Below are positions 16,239-24,565 of a DNA stretch of 32,000 nucleotides, in pieces. Source of the stretch: Nitrososphaerota archaeon (GTDB taxonomy: Archaea > Thermoproteota > Nitrososphaeria > Nitrososphaerales > Nitrosopumilaceae). The notes beneath the pieces are model-generated. The model saw only the letters and a program-made list of their open reading frames with translations. It searched no databases and was not told where the DNA came from. Position 1 is the first letter of the stretch. The number at the start of each line of letters is the position of its first letter. The position numbers were made by a program, and so were the translations under genes. The DNA is taken from contig JAGWFT010000001.1 in NCBI GenBank assembly GCA_028867755.1, positions 1,131,992 through 1,163,991 of the forward strand, written 5' to 3'.

Positions 16239-16607
16239 GTGATTACGGTTAACTGTAGAGATATTCCGTCCATAAAATCGCCACTGGCAGTATATACCTC
16301 AGACCAATTAGGAGCTGTTCCAGCCCTAAAACTTCACGAGTTTGTTCTTGCGCCTATAGAAGATGAAGAGATAGACCCAGCAAATGTAATTACAGCAATC
16401 AAAATGTTCCTAGCATCAATAGGATGTGAAAGGCATTTTGCAGTAATACAAAAGAATGATACAATTTCAGTGGTATCGCTTGATGGATACAAGATAGAGT
16501 CACCCACACAAGGAAAAACAGACCAGTTTTTTTCATGCATCCATTGCGGTCATGTGACCCAATTTGAAACAGTACACAACAATCACATGAAGATTCATTA
16601 TTTATGA
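16239..16607 (+). CDS. hypothetical protein with C-terminal classical C2H2 zinc finger
   Basis: The C-terminus FSCIHCGHVTQFETVHNNHMKIH fits C-x2-C-x12-H-x3-H. GTG start. Co-directional, 53 nt downstream of the small wHTH gene. Confidence 0.5.
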   Translation: MITVNCRDIPSIKSPLAVYTSDQLGAVPALKLHEFVLAPIEDEEIDPANVITAIKMFLASIGCERHFAVIQKNDTISVVSLDGYKIESPTQGKTDQFFSCIHCGHVTQFETVHNNHMKIHYL

Positions 16608-16629
16608 TTTGAATTGTGCCTAGAGATTA

Positions 16630-16914
16630 TTAATTAGCAACTACTTCATAGAAGACTGGTCTTGGCGGGACTTCCATGTATGAATGACCATTTGATTGAA
16701 TTCTGAAATGCTCTTGTGTCTGATGCATTTTTTCAAACTTATCCTGGCTCTCAAACTCTACCAATATAGTATGCTTACCAGTACGTGTTGCCAGTAATCT
16801 TCTGTTAATGAATCCATCAAACTTTGCAAGATCTTTGTTTGATTCGTTTACCCATTTTTTGAATTCTTCTTCCATCCCTTTTTTTAGTTGAATCTCAACT
16901 ACTACCACGAACAT
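16630..16914 (-). CDS. ABM (antibiotic biosynthesis monooxygenase-like) domain protein
   Basis: 94 aa. The ferredoxin-like pattern FVVVVEIQLKKGMEEEFKKW...GFINRRLL...ILVEFESQDKFEKM is typical of ABM/dimeric alpha-beta barrel proteins. Confidence 0.5.
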   Translation of the reverse strand: MFVVVVEIQLKKGMEEEFKKWVNESNKDLAKFDGFINRRLLATRTGKHTILVEFESQDKFEKMHQTQEHFRIQSNGHSYMEVPPRPVFYEVVAN

Positions 16915-17029
16915 AGAATTCTTCGATGATTAATGGATTTAAGAGGATTTCTAATATTCTCATTCTCGGCAAACGAGATTACAGCACACTCAATAATGCT
17001 AAATACGGGATTACTTTCGATCAAAGTAT

Positions 17030-17287
17030 ATGAATGAGAAACTTCTAATATTTGGCGCACTTGCCGCAGCAGTGGTAGTTATGACTACAGCGGTTTTTCC
17101 TTTCTGGAATCTCATTCCTAATACAGTAACCGAAGTAGTTACAGTAAAACAAGCAGACCAAAGCGGTTGCTATGTTGAAACCCATGATCATTTTGTCATA
17201 AAGATACCTCCATGCAATGCACAACCCGGACAGAATATTACAGCAACATTTGATGCAAAAGTAAGAGATCGTGAAAAACAGATCTAA
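17030..17287 (+). CDS. small N-terminally anchored hypothetical protein (85 aa)
   Basis: One N-terminal TM helix (LLIFGALAAAVVVMTTAVFPFW) followed by a ~55-aa domain with two Cys. The stop overlaps the pth2 stop by 4 nt. Confidence 0.4.
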   Translation: MNEKLLIFGALAAAVVVMTTAVFPFWNLIPNTVTEVVTVKQADQSGCYVETHDHFVIKIPPCNAQPGQNITATFDAKVRDREKQI

Positions 17288-17640
17288 AGCAATTTCAAAC
17301 TTTGAGTTACCTTATCAATCATATCTTCAGGTGCAGGGCCTATTGAGATACAAGTTACAGTCCCAGGCGCAATCTGAGTATGACCTGCATCTGTTACCTC
17401 AGACCATGGCAAATTAAGAGAGATGGCGTGTTTTTTTACATCTTCCAACTCAGATAAGCTAGAAACTTTGAGTACTACTTTTTCTTGGCCCAACTCTTCC
17501 CATTCAGTATACCATTCCCTATGGGATTTCCTCACATGTTCTGCACCTAAAACACATGCATGCCCCACTTGAGCTGCAATCTTTCCAGTCCCCATACCGA
17601 GGTCCTTTCGTACTACTATTACTTGCTTAATGTTACCCAT
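17284..17640 (-). CDS. pth2: archaeal-type peptidyl-tRNA hydrolase (Pth2)
   Basis: KQVIVVRKDLGMGTGKIAAQVGHA...KVVLKV...VTDAGHTQIAPGTVTCISIGP is the Pth2 signature. I place the start at MGNIKQ (ATG 17640), not the track's 17718, because the upstream 26 codons are non-homologous. Confidence 0.85.
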   Translation of the reverse strand: MGNIKQVIVVRKDLGMGTGKIAAQVGHACVLGAEHVRKSHREWYTEWEELGQEKVVLKVSSLSELEDVKKHAISLNLPWSEVTDAGHTQIAPGTVTCISIGPAPEDMIDKVTQSLKLL

Positions 17641-17771
17641 ATCAATTTGAAATAATAACCCAGTACATGTTAAACTTTTGAATTGAAAGTATTTTTCACT
17701 GTAAAAAGCAAAATACATTCACAAGATCTTGTTTTGTACAACGTTAGATGTTGATATAAATAAATGAGAAA

Positions 17772-18920
17772 ATGTATCAAAGTGTGGATTACGACGTAGT
17801 TGTAGCAGGTGGAAGCGTTGCTGGGCTTTTGTGTGCAAGAGAAATTGCAGGCAAAGGACACAAAGTTCTGGTAATAGAAGAAGACTATGAGATTGGTACA
17901 CCAGAACATTGTGGAGGACTAGTAAGCATAATGGGCATTGATGATCTTGGAATCATTCCCATGAGAGCGACACTTGATAACAAGATAAGATCAGCACGTC
18001 TGATATCACCATCAGGAAAAAGTGTTACTCTTGATGCAAGACCGCAGCAAGTCATAGTACTTGATAGAAGAGAATTTGATAAGCAAATTGCACATCAAGC
18101 CCAAACTAATGGCGCCGAGATACAAGTGAGAACTTCGCTTAGAGAAATAACCAAGGATGGTGTCAGGACAACTGATGGCAATATCAAATGCAAGATAATA
18201 GTGGACGCAAGAGGTGTGTCATCTTTGATTCACAAGGACCGTACTGGTACCATGCAGTCTGCACAATATGAGGTATATGCCGATTGGATTGACAAGGAAA
18301 GAGTTGAGGTGTACCTTGATCAGGAAAAATACCCTGGCTTTTTTGCATGGATTATACCAACTAGACGCGATGAAGCAAAAGTTGGCGTTGCTGGAAAAGG
18401 AATCAATCCAGCTGTAGTATTAGAAGATTTTTTGAAACAAAAAGGCAGCTATTCTACTGTAAGAAAAATATTTGCGCCCATATGGATAAAAGGTCCAATT
18501 AAGGAATTTGTCACAAAAAATGTAGTAATTGTAGGAGACGCTGCAGGACAAGCAAAGCCTACAACAGCTGGAGGAATTTATTCTTCAGGGCTTGGCGGAA
18601 TACTGGCTGGAAACGCCATATCAAAATTTTTGAAATCAGAGAAAGAAAAAGACTTGCAAGAATATCAGAAAGAATGGTTGGATAGATTTGGTAAAGAGTT
18701 TGAACGGATGCTTCTTGCTAGATCTCTTCTTGAAAGACTTGACAATAAATCAATTAACGTTCTTTTTGAATCAATAACTCCTCAAGTACTAGACGAGATT
18801 TCAAAAGAGGGAAGTTTTGATTTTCATACAACATCAGTTGCAAAACTTTTAGGGGTAAAAGGTTCTGTAAAAGCAATTCAAGCAATTTTAGGAAATGAGT
18901 TGAGACGATTACTAAGTTGA
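17772..18920 (+). CDS. geranylgeranyl reductase-family FAD-dependent oxidoreductase (archaeal lipid saturase type)
   Basis: N-terminal YDVVVAGGSVAGLLCAREIAGKGHKVLVIEE (GxGxxG FAD fold), CGG motif (PEHCGGLV), and VIVGDAAGQAKPTTAGGI. Confidence 0.8.
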   Translation: MYQSVDYDVVVAGGSVAGLLCAREIAGKGHKVLVIEEDYEIGTPEHCGGLVSIMGIDDLGIIPMRATLDNKIRSARLISPSGKSVTLDARPQQVIVLDRREFDKQIAHQAQTNGAEIQVRTSLREITKDGVRTTDGNIKCKIIVDARGVSSLIHKDRTGTMQSAQYEVYADWIDKERVEVYLDQEKYPGFFAWIIPTRRDEAKVGVAGKGINPAVVLEDFLKQKGSYSTVRKIFAPIWIKGPIKEFVTKNVVIVGDAAGQAKPTTAGGIYSSGLGGILAGNAISKFLKSEKEKDLQEYQKEWLDRFGKEFERMLLARSLLERLDNKSINVLFESITPQVLDEISKEGSFDFHTTSVAKLLGVKGSVKAIQAILGNELRRLLS

Positions 18921-18975
18921 ATGCACGTCGATCTATAAGGAAGGTATAAATTCGGTAGAAAAATCAGCTTGTAAC

Positions 18976-19155
18976 ATGTCGTCATCTATTACTTTACCAG
19001 TATGCAGTTCGTGCCATAGACCAATAATGCCTAATGATAAATGTGTAAAATTCAACTGCCCAGACTGTGGCTCTATGCTGCTTTGGCGTTGCGAGAGTTG
19101 CAGAGAGGCAGCCAGAACATACAAATGCAATTCATGCAATTTTGAAGGGCCATAA
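18976..19155 (+). CDS. four-CxxC zinc-ribbon protein (COG2888/DUF1610-like) preceding aEF-1beta
   Basis: Absent from the ORF track because it is 59 aa. My translation: MSSSITLPVCSSCHRPIMPNDKCVKFNCPDCGSMLLWRCESCREAARTYKCNSCNFEGP. It has four CxxC pairs, a TATAAATT box ~31 nt upstream, and ends 5 nt before the EF-1beta ATG. The track's antisense ORF 18933..19139 is rejected. Confidence 0.7.
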   Translation: MSSSITLPVCSSCHRPIMPNDKCVKFNCPDCGSMLLWRCESCREAARTYKCNSCNFEGP

Positions 19156-19160
19156 AGAAA

Positions 19161-19442
19161 ATGCCACGACTAACATTACGAGCAAAGATTTTACCAACAG
19201 GTACGGAGATCGATCTAGATAATGCTGCTAAGAAGATTGGTGCGTCTCTAAAGGATGGTATAGTACTCTCAAAATATACAAAAGAGCCACTTGCTTTTGG
19301 TCTCTACTTTATTAATGCAGAATTCTCCTTAGATGACAAGGAAGGACAAATGGACTCGCTTGAAAATAGTGTACGTTCAGTTGAAGGCATAGGAGAGTTC
19401 GAAGTGCTTGGAGTAAGTCGAGCTTCTGTTGGCGCAAAGTAG
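19161..19442 (+). CDS. translation elongation factor aEF-1 beta
   Basis: 93 aa. The pattern LRAKILPTG...KEPLAFGLYFINAEF...LENSVRSVEGIGEFEVLGVSR is typical of archaeal EF-1beta. Confidence 0.8.
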   Translation: MPRLTLRAKILPTGTEIDLDNAAKKIGASLKDGIVLSKYTKEPLAFGLYFINAEFSLDDKEGQMDSLENSVRSVEGIGEFEVLGVSRASVGAK

Positions 19443-19446
19443 GAGG
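19442..19446 (+). promoter_or_regulatory. Shine-Dalgarno-like GGAGG upstream of the cdc48 TTG start
   Basis: TAGGAGGAGTTCCTTTTG: the GGAGG ends 8 nt before TTG 19455 and overlaps the EF-1beta stop codon. Confidence 0.35.
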
Positions 19447-19454
19447 AGTTCCTT

Positions 19455-21626
19455 TTGGTAAAAAAAGATGAACTGCTTCAGATGCGCGTTGGAGAAGCCA
19501 AGCAAAGAGACGTAGGTAAGAGACGAGCCAGAATAGAACCAGAGGCCATGGAGTTTTTAAAAGTAGAACCAGGGGACATGATAGAGATTATAGGAAAAAA
19601 GTCCAGTTGTGCAATAGTATGGCCAGCAGATGACGACAACAAAGCTCCAGACATGGTTCGAATAGACGGACAGACTAGAAAGAATGTTGGTGTTGGAATA
19701 AACGACTTGGTCAACGTCAAAAAAGTCATTGCAAAACCAGCAAAAAGTGTTGTACTTATGCCAGTCAACGGAAATGTCACAGTAGACAAGGAATTTACAG
19801 ATTTTGTCAAGAATAGGCTAAAGGGTTTACCTCTTTCAGAAGGTGATGAGATATCAGTCATGATTCTTGGAAATTCAATGGACTTTAAGATACACAAGAT
19901 TACACCAAAAAATGTCGTCAAAATAGAGCGCAATACTGCACTTACTATTTTAACCGAAGCATCAGTTGACAAAAAGATTCGAGTTACATACGAGGAGATA
20001 GGCGGCCTCAGAGCACAAATAAACAGAATGCGTGAGATTGTAGAACTCCCCTTAAAACACCCTGAGGTTTTCAATAGATTAAATGTAGAACCACACAGTG
20101 GCATTCTTTTGTATGGCCCTCCAGGATGTGGCAAAACATTGATTGCGAAAGTACTTGCAAGTGAATCAGAAGCTAACTTTTATTCGATAAATGGACCTGA
20201 GATAATGAACAAGTATTATGGAGAGACAGAGGCAAGGCTTAGAGATATTTTCAAGGAAGCAAAAGACAACGCCCCAAGTGTGATATTTGTTGATGAGATT
20301 GATGCAATTGCTCCAAAAAGAGAAGAAGCATACGGAGATGTTGAGAAAAGAGTCGTGGCTCAGCTATTGGCATTGATGGATGGCTTGACAGAGAGAGGCA
20401 ATGTCATTGTACTTGGGGCAACAAATAGACCCGAGAGTGTAGATCCTGCATTAAGAAGACCAGGAAGGTTTGACAGAGAGATTGAGATCTCAGTTCCAAA
20501 TGCAGACGGCAGGCTAGAAATTTTACAGATTCATACACGTGGAATGCCACTTGCAGATGATGTTGATCTAAAACTTTTATCAGCAGAGCTTCACGGATAC
20601 ACTGGTGCTGACATCAAGTCTCTTTGCAGAGAGGCGGCAATGAAAGCTCTTAGAACCTTTTTGCCAGAAATTGAAATGGAAACTGAAAAAATATCTTCAG
20701 AGATATTGCAGAAAATGTCTATACGTCTTCAGGACTTTTACGATGCAACACATGAGATTGTTCCTACTGCCATGAGGGAGTTCTATGTCGAGAGCCCAAA
20801 AATTTGGTGGAAGGACGTGGGCGGATTAGACGATGCAAAAAGAACCCTAAATGATAATTTGATTACAACAATAAAAGAGCCTGCAAAATTTCAAAAGATG
20901 GGGATTAAACCACCTAAAGGTGCATTGCTTTACGGTCCACCAGGATGTGGAAAATCATTGCTTGCAAGAGCGCTTGCAACAGAAAGTGGCGGCAACATGA
21001 TACTAGTAAGAGGAGCAGAAATATTGTCAAAATGGGTAGGTGAATCTGAAAAAGCAATAAGAGAGATTTTCAGAAAGGCGAAGGCGTCGTCACCATGTAT
21101 CATAATTTTCGATGAGCTTGATTCTCTGGCAAGATCAAAGTCACTTGAAGAAGGAGGTGTGGGGGAGAGATTACTCAGCCAGTTGCTTACAGAAATGGAA
21201 GACGGCGGGGCTGCACGAGTAGTAGTAATAGGAATTTCCAACAGACCTGATCTCATAGACCCGTCATTGCTAAGACCTGGACGTTTAGACTTGATACTAT
21301 TCATCCCACCGCCTGAGGAAAAGGGAAGATTAGAGATAATCAAGACACTTACCAGACCAATGCCACTGTCTGGAGATGTAGACTTGAAGGAGATTGCATT
21401 TGCTACAAAGGGATACACGGGTGCTGACTTGGTAGCTGTATGCAGAGAGGCAGCAGTGCAAGCACTGAGAACCAATGCACCAAAAATTAACAGTGTAGAC
21501 TTTGCTGCAGCATTAAAGGTCGTCAAGCCTTCGATTACTAAAGGCGTGGAAGACTGGTATACTTCAATCAAAGACAATATATCATACGCACTACCCAAGC
21601 CCATCGACAAGGCGTTTTATGGTTAG
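19455..21626 (+). CDS. cdc48: Cdc48/VCP/VAT-type double-ring AAA+ ATPase
   Basis: An N-domain is followed by two AAA modules, each with Walker A (GPPGCGKT / GPPGCGKS), Walker B (IFVDEID / IIFDELD) and SRH ([20 protein letters not shown] / [19 protein letters not shown]). The C-terminal tail AFYG is an HbYX motif. The start is TTG 19455, or possibly ATG 19482. Confidence 0.92.
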   Translation: MVKKDELLQMRVGEAKQRDVGKRRARIEPEAMEFLKVEPGDMIEIIGKKSSCAIVWPADDDNKAPDMVRIDGQTRKNVGVGINDLVNVKKVIAKPAKSVVLMPVNGNVTVDKEFTDFVKNRLKGLPLSEGDEISVMILGNSMDFKIHKITPKNVVKIERNTALTILTEASVDKKIRVTYEEIGGLRAQINRMREIVELPLKHPEVFNRLNVEPHSGILLYGPPGCGKTLIAKVLASESEANFYSINGPEIMNKYYGETEARLRDIFKEAKDNAPSVIFVDEIDAIAPKREEAYGDVEKRVVAQLLALMDGLTERGNVIVLGATNRPESVDPALRRPGRFDREIEISVPNADGRLEILQIHTRGMPLADDVDLKLLSAELHGYTGADIKSLCREAAMKALRTFLPEIEMETEKISSEILQKMSIRLQDFYDATHEIVPTAMREFYVESPKIWWKDVGGLDDAKRTLNDNLITTIKEPAKFQKMGIKPPKGALLYGPPGCGKSLLARALATESGGNMILVRGAEILSKWVGESEKAIREIFRKAKASSPCIIIFDELDSLARSKSLEEGGVGERLLSQLLTEMEDGGAARVVVIGISNRPDLIDPSLLRPGRLDLILFIPPPEEKGRLEIIKTLTRPMPLSGDVDLKEIAFATKGYTGADLVAVCREAAVQALRTNAPKINSVDFAAALKVVKPSITKGVEDWYTSIKDNISYALPKPIDKAFYG

Positions 21627-21628
21627 AT

Positions 21629-21946
21629 ATGGCAACAATACCTCTTAGAAACACAATATACGAGATAATAAAAAATGCCGGTGCTATGACAGATTCGGAA
21701 CTCTCAAAGGCATTGACAAAAGCAGGAATTTCTATTCCTGAAGATGAGTTCAACAAGACACTGCTAAATCTTGAGATTTATGGTCTCATCAAAGTGACGT
21801 GGCTAACAAAAGATGAGAGGCGAGTTGAGATTTTTGTAAAAGAAGCAGAAGAAGACGAGATAGAAAAACAAAATAGAGAAAGTCTAGAAAAAGAGTATGA
21901 AGCGGGATTTCCCGGCGTAGAACAAGAAACAGACATCGAAGAATAA
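21629..21946 (+). CDS. hypothetical small protein: wHTH-like N-terminal ~70 aa plus acidic tail
   Basis: Starts 2 nt after the cdc48 stop. IYEIIKNAGAMTDSELSKALTKAGISIPEDEFNKTLLNLEIYGLIKV looks like a winged helix. The C-terminal 35 aa are very rich in Glu/Asp. Confidence 0.45.
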   Translation: MATIPLRNTIYEIIKNAGAMTDSELSKALTKAGISIPEDEFNKTLLNLEIYGLIKVTWLTKDERRVEIFVKEAEEDEIEKQNRESLEKEYEAGFPGVEQETDIEE

Positions 21947-21947
21947 T

Positions 21948-22874
21948 TTATTTTATTACCGGAAAATGAAATGCCGCATCAAGTGCAATTCCTACAAATA
22001 TTATTGTAAGATATGGAGCAGTTACCTTGTAGGCTTTCCATGCAAAGTCCGAAGTTGGGGTTTTTGTTAGTTTGTAATGATATACCAACATCAGACCGCC
22101 TGAAACTACAGCAATTCCTAGATAGACATAACCCAAACCAAATGCCACAAGCGCTATCGAATATGGAAGTAATATCGCGGTGTTAACAAGTATGTACTTT
22201 GATGTCTTTTGCATACCTATCAATACTGGCAACATTGGAACATGTGCTTCTGCATAATCGTCCCTTATTTTCATTGCAAGACACCAAAAATGAGAAGGAG
22301 TCCATGCAAAGACAAGAACGCCTACAAGTGCTCCCAGTATGTCCATTGAGCCAGTAGCAGCAGACCATCCTGCCATAGCTGCACAGCTGCCAGCAAAGCC
22401 ACCAATTACAATATTTGATGAGTTGGTACGCTTGAGCCATGCAGTATAGATTATCACATAGAAGAATATTCCAAGTGCGATGAGAAATGTAGAGATTGGA
22501 TTTAGAGTAAACCATGCATAAATTACAGAGATTGCACTTACAATTATACCATACAACAAAACATTTCTTGCAGACATTCTTCCTGATGGAATTGGTCTCT
22601 TGTTGGTTCGTTTCATCAATGGATCAATATCTCGATCATAATAGTGGTTAAGAGCACTTGAGCCAGCAGAAGACAGCGATCCGGCTATAATTATGTGCAA
22701 TAAACTGACATAGTTAAGTGGGGGACCTATCAGCTTGCTAGCCGCATACATTGATGTTACTGCAGTAATTACAAGTAAAACTACTATACGTGGTTTTGAT
22801 ATTTCCAGTATTTCTTTTAATCCCACAGGCCTTAGCGGGTCTTTTGGGAATTTAATTTCTTCGAAGTTTGCCAC
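21948..22874 (-). CDS. ctaB: protoheme IX farnesyltransferase (heme O synthase)
   Basis: UbiA-family polytopic protein. NHYYDRDIDPLMKRTNKRPIPSG is the Asp-rich prenyltransferase motif characteristic of CtaB/CyoE. GTG start. Confidence 0.85.
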   Translation of the reverse strand: MANFEEIKFPKDPLRPVGLKEILEISKPRIVVLLVITAVTSMYAASKLIGPPLNYVSLLHIIIAGSLSSAGSSALNHYYDRDIDPLMKRTNKRPIPSGRMSARNVLLYGIIVSAISVIYAWFTLNPISTFLIALGIFFYVIIYTAWLKRTNSSNIVIGGFAGSCAAMAGWSAATGSMDILGALVGVLVFAWTPSHFWCLAMKIRDDYAEAHVPMLPVLIGMQKTSKYILVNTAILLPYSIALVAFGLGYVYLGIAVVSGGLMLVYHYKLTKTPTSDFAWKAYKVTAPYLTIIFVGIALDAAFHFPVIK

Positions 22875-22888
22875 TAGAGGTCAAAAGA

Positions 22889-22907
22889 ATTAAGTAGCTC
22901 ACTTAAT
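22889..22907. promoter_or_regulatory. perfect 7-bp inverted repeat ATTAAGT-N5-ACTTAAT centred in the 46-bp ctaB/cupredoxin divergent region
   Basis: Read directly from the sequence. Its centre (22898) is 24 nt from GTG 22874 and 23 nt from ATG 22921. Confidence 0.3.
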
Positions 22908-22920
22908 CGAACTACCACAG

Positions 22921-24018
22921 ATGAGTGACTGGGATCTAATGATGCCTGGCATGGGTTTGACTGCAATAGGTCTTGGAGGAGTGATTTTGTCTTACTTGGG
23001 AATTGCCAATACTTTCCTCACAGGAATGCAGGCACTTTCAGGTTTAACCATGTTTATGGGCATGGTGTTCTTGTCTGCCGGAATTCTAAGCGGTGGTGTT
23101 TCAACTAGTCCAAGAGCCAAAGCAACAACTCTTGTAATATTTGGAATTGCTGGCTCTGTTGGAGCTTATGCAATAAGTCTGAACACAGTCATAACATCAT
23201 TGCCCAGATTCGTAGGAGTTTTAATTATCATAATCATACCAACCGTTGTCATAGCATTTTCAGCTATGAAGGCACAGAAATATTTCAGGCCAATAACTGT
23301 GATATTTTTGGCTGCCATGGCAGTAGGAGTTGGTTCGTTTACAGCGTTTGGATTCATAGGACCTGGTGCTCAATTCTCATTGCATTCACAAAACATGACC
23401 AATGCTACAGAAGCAGCTAGTTCGACTTTACCAACAGCCCCTGTGATAACAGTCAGCATACCAGTAAATGCATCCATCAAAGGAAATCCCAACTTTACAC
23501 CAAATATTGTTACAGTTCCAAAAGGCGACATAATAGAATGGACCAATAACGACACAGTACCTCACACTGTTACAAATGCACCAGATGGTGCAATATTTGA
23601 TTCTAGCCTAATTGCGGCTGGTAAGACATACTCACTTGACACATCAAAACTAAACGCAACAGAATACGATTACATGTGCACGGTACACCCCTTCATGACA
23701 GGTAAGATAGTAATAACTCAGCCAGCTGTTGCAAATGTGACAATCTCAAAAGGAGCATCTACACAAAGTGCTGGACAAAAATACTTTGATCCGGCAAGTC
23801 TTTCTGTCAAAGTTGGAACAACTGTAACTTGGACCAACCAAGACAGTGCAGCACATACTGTTACAAGTGGTGATCCAAGTGCAGGACCCTCTGGTACATT
23901 TGACTCTAGTCTAATCAAACCAGGCAACACATTCAAACATGCGTTTACAACTGCTGGTACAACATCATACTTCTGTACAGTTCATCCATGGATGACTGGA
24001 AAAGTAATAGTAGGATGA
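22921..24018 (+). CDS. membrane-anchored protein with two tandem amicyanin/plastocyanin-like type-1 copper domains
   Basis: Five predicted N-terminal TM helices, then a linker rich in N-x-S/T sequons. Two cupredoxin repeats each have an HTVT His plus a C-x2-H-x2-M site (YMCTVHPFMTGKIVI and YFCTVHPWMTGKVIV). Confidence 0.8.
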   Translation: MSDWDLMMPGMGLTAIGLGGVILSYLGIANTFLTGMQALSGLTMFMGMVFLSAGILSGGVSTSPRAKATTLVIFGIAGSVGAYAISLNTVITSLPRFVGVLIIIIIPTVVIAFSAMKAQKYFRPITVIFLAAMAVGVGSFTAFGFIGPGAQFSLHSQNMTNATEAASSTLPTAPVITVSIPVNASIKGNPNFTPNIVTVPKGDIIEWTNNDTVPHTVTNAPDGAIFDSSLIAAGKTYSLDTSKLNATEYDYMCTVHPFMTGKIVITQPAVANVTISKGASTQSAGQKYFDPASLSVKVGTTVTWTNQDSAAHTVTSGDPSAGPSGTFDSSLIKPGNTFKHAFTTAGTTSYFCTVHPWMTGKVIVG

Positions 24019-24428
24019 CATTACAAAAAAAGATAGTCCTTTCCAAAAATCACATCGATATTCTAAGAAATCACGCAAAACAAAATAAACCCAATGAATC
24101 TTGTGCCATACTTTTTGGAAAAAGTGACAGCAGTCAATTTTTGACATCAGATGTATTTCTAACAAAAAATTCAGAGCCCTCTCCTGTTAATTTTACCATA
24201 TCAAACGATGATCTGATAAGAGCATATGAAGAATCTGAGAAGAGGAATTTAGAAGTCATAGGAATTTTCCACTCTCATCCAGATTCGATTGCTTATCCCT
24301 CCTCCACTGACCGCCAATACATGGAAGTAAATCCAGTTCCGTGGATTATCTATTCAAACACAAAAGATGAGTTTAGAGCATATATTTTAGAATCAGCCAT
24401 CATACCAATAGATGTAACAATCCTTTAG
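24015..24428 (+). CDS. stand-alone JAB1/MPN/JAMM metalloprotease
   Basis: Catalytic Glu (NESCAILFG) and the JAMM motif HSHPDSIAYPSSTD (HxHx7Sx2D). I place the start at ATG 24015 (MTLQKK), forming an ATGA overlap with the cupredoxin stop; the track's 23988 start would overlap by 31 nt. Confidence 0.8.
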   Translation: MTLQKKIVLSKNHIDILRNHAKQNKPNESCAILFGKSDSSQFLTSDVFLTKNSEPSPVNFTISNDDLIRAYEESEKRNLEVIGIFHSHPDSIAYPSSTDRQYMEVNPVPWIIYSNTKDEFRAYILESAIIPIDVTIL

Positions 24429-24430
24429 CA

Positions 24431-24547
24431 TTATTGTTTGTGTATGTTCTTTTTATGTCGCTCAAAATGCTCTTTATCTACAAAGGTTGCACTACAATCC
24501 TTACATTTGAATCCGGATTTTTGGCCCCACACTGACAAGTGATGCAC
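24431..24547 (-). CDS. 38-aa classical C2H2 zinc-finger mini-protein (unlisted small ORF)
   Basis: My codon-by-codon translation: (GTG)MHHLSVWGQKSGFKCKDCSATFVDKEHFERHKKNIHKQ*. FKCKDCSATFVDKEHFERHKKNIH fits F-x-C-x2-C-x3-F-x5-hydrophobic-x2-H-x4-H exactly. It starts 18 nt downstream of the cyclophilin-like gene on the same strand. The start codon (GTG 24547, TTG or GTG slightly downstream) is uncertain. Confidence 0.5.
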   Translation of the reverse strand: MHHLSVWGQKSGFKCKDCSATFVDKEHFERHKKNIHKQ

Positions 24548-24565
24548 GTAAGTTACGTAAAAGAA

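Noticed and set aside
16929-17036. 35-aa plus-strand ORF (MINGFKRISNILILGKRDYSTLNNAKYGITFDQSI) in the divergent spacer
   Set aside because: It has no motif, it lies where the two promoters should be, and its stop overlaps the ATG of the next gene out of frame. Probably spurious.
18933-19139. 68-aa minus-strand ORF from the supplied track
   Set aside because: It is antisense to a far better plus-strand gene (59-aa four-CxxC zinc ribbon, correct promoter spacing, conserved position before EF-1beta). The minus-strand product has no motif.
19478-21610. Long minus-strand ORFs 19478..20134 and 20930..21610 (218 and 226 aa)
   Set aside because: They are antisense to the unmistakable Cdc48 gene. 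Their products are low-complexity Ser/Pro/Leu-rich shadow frames with no motifs.
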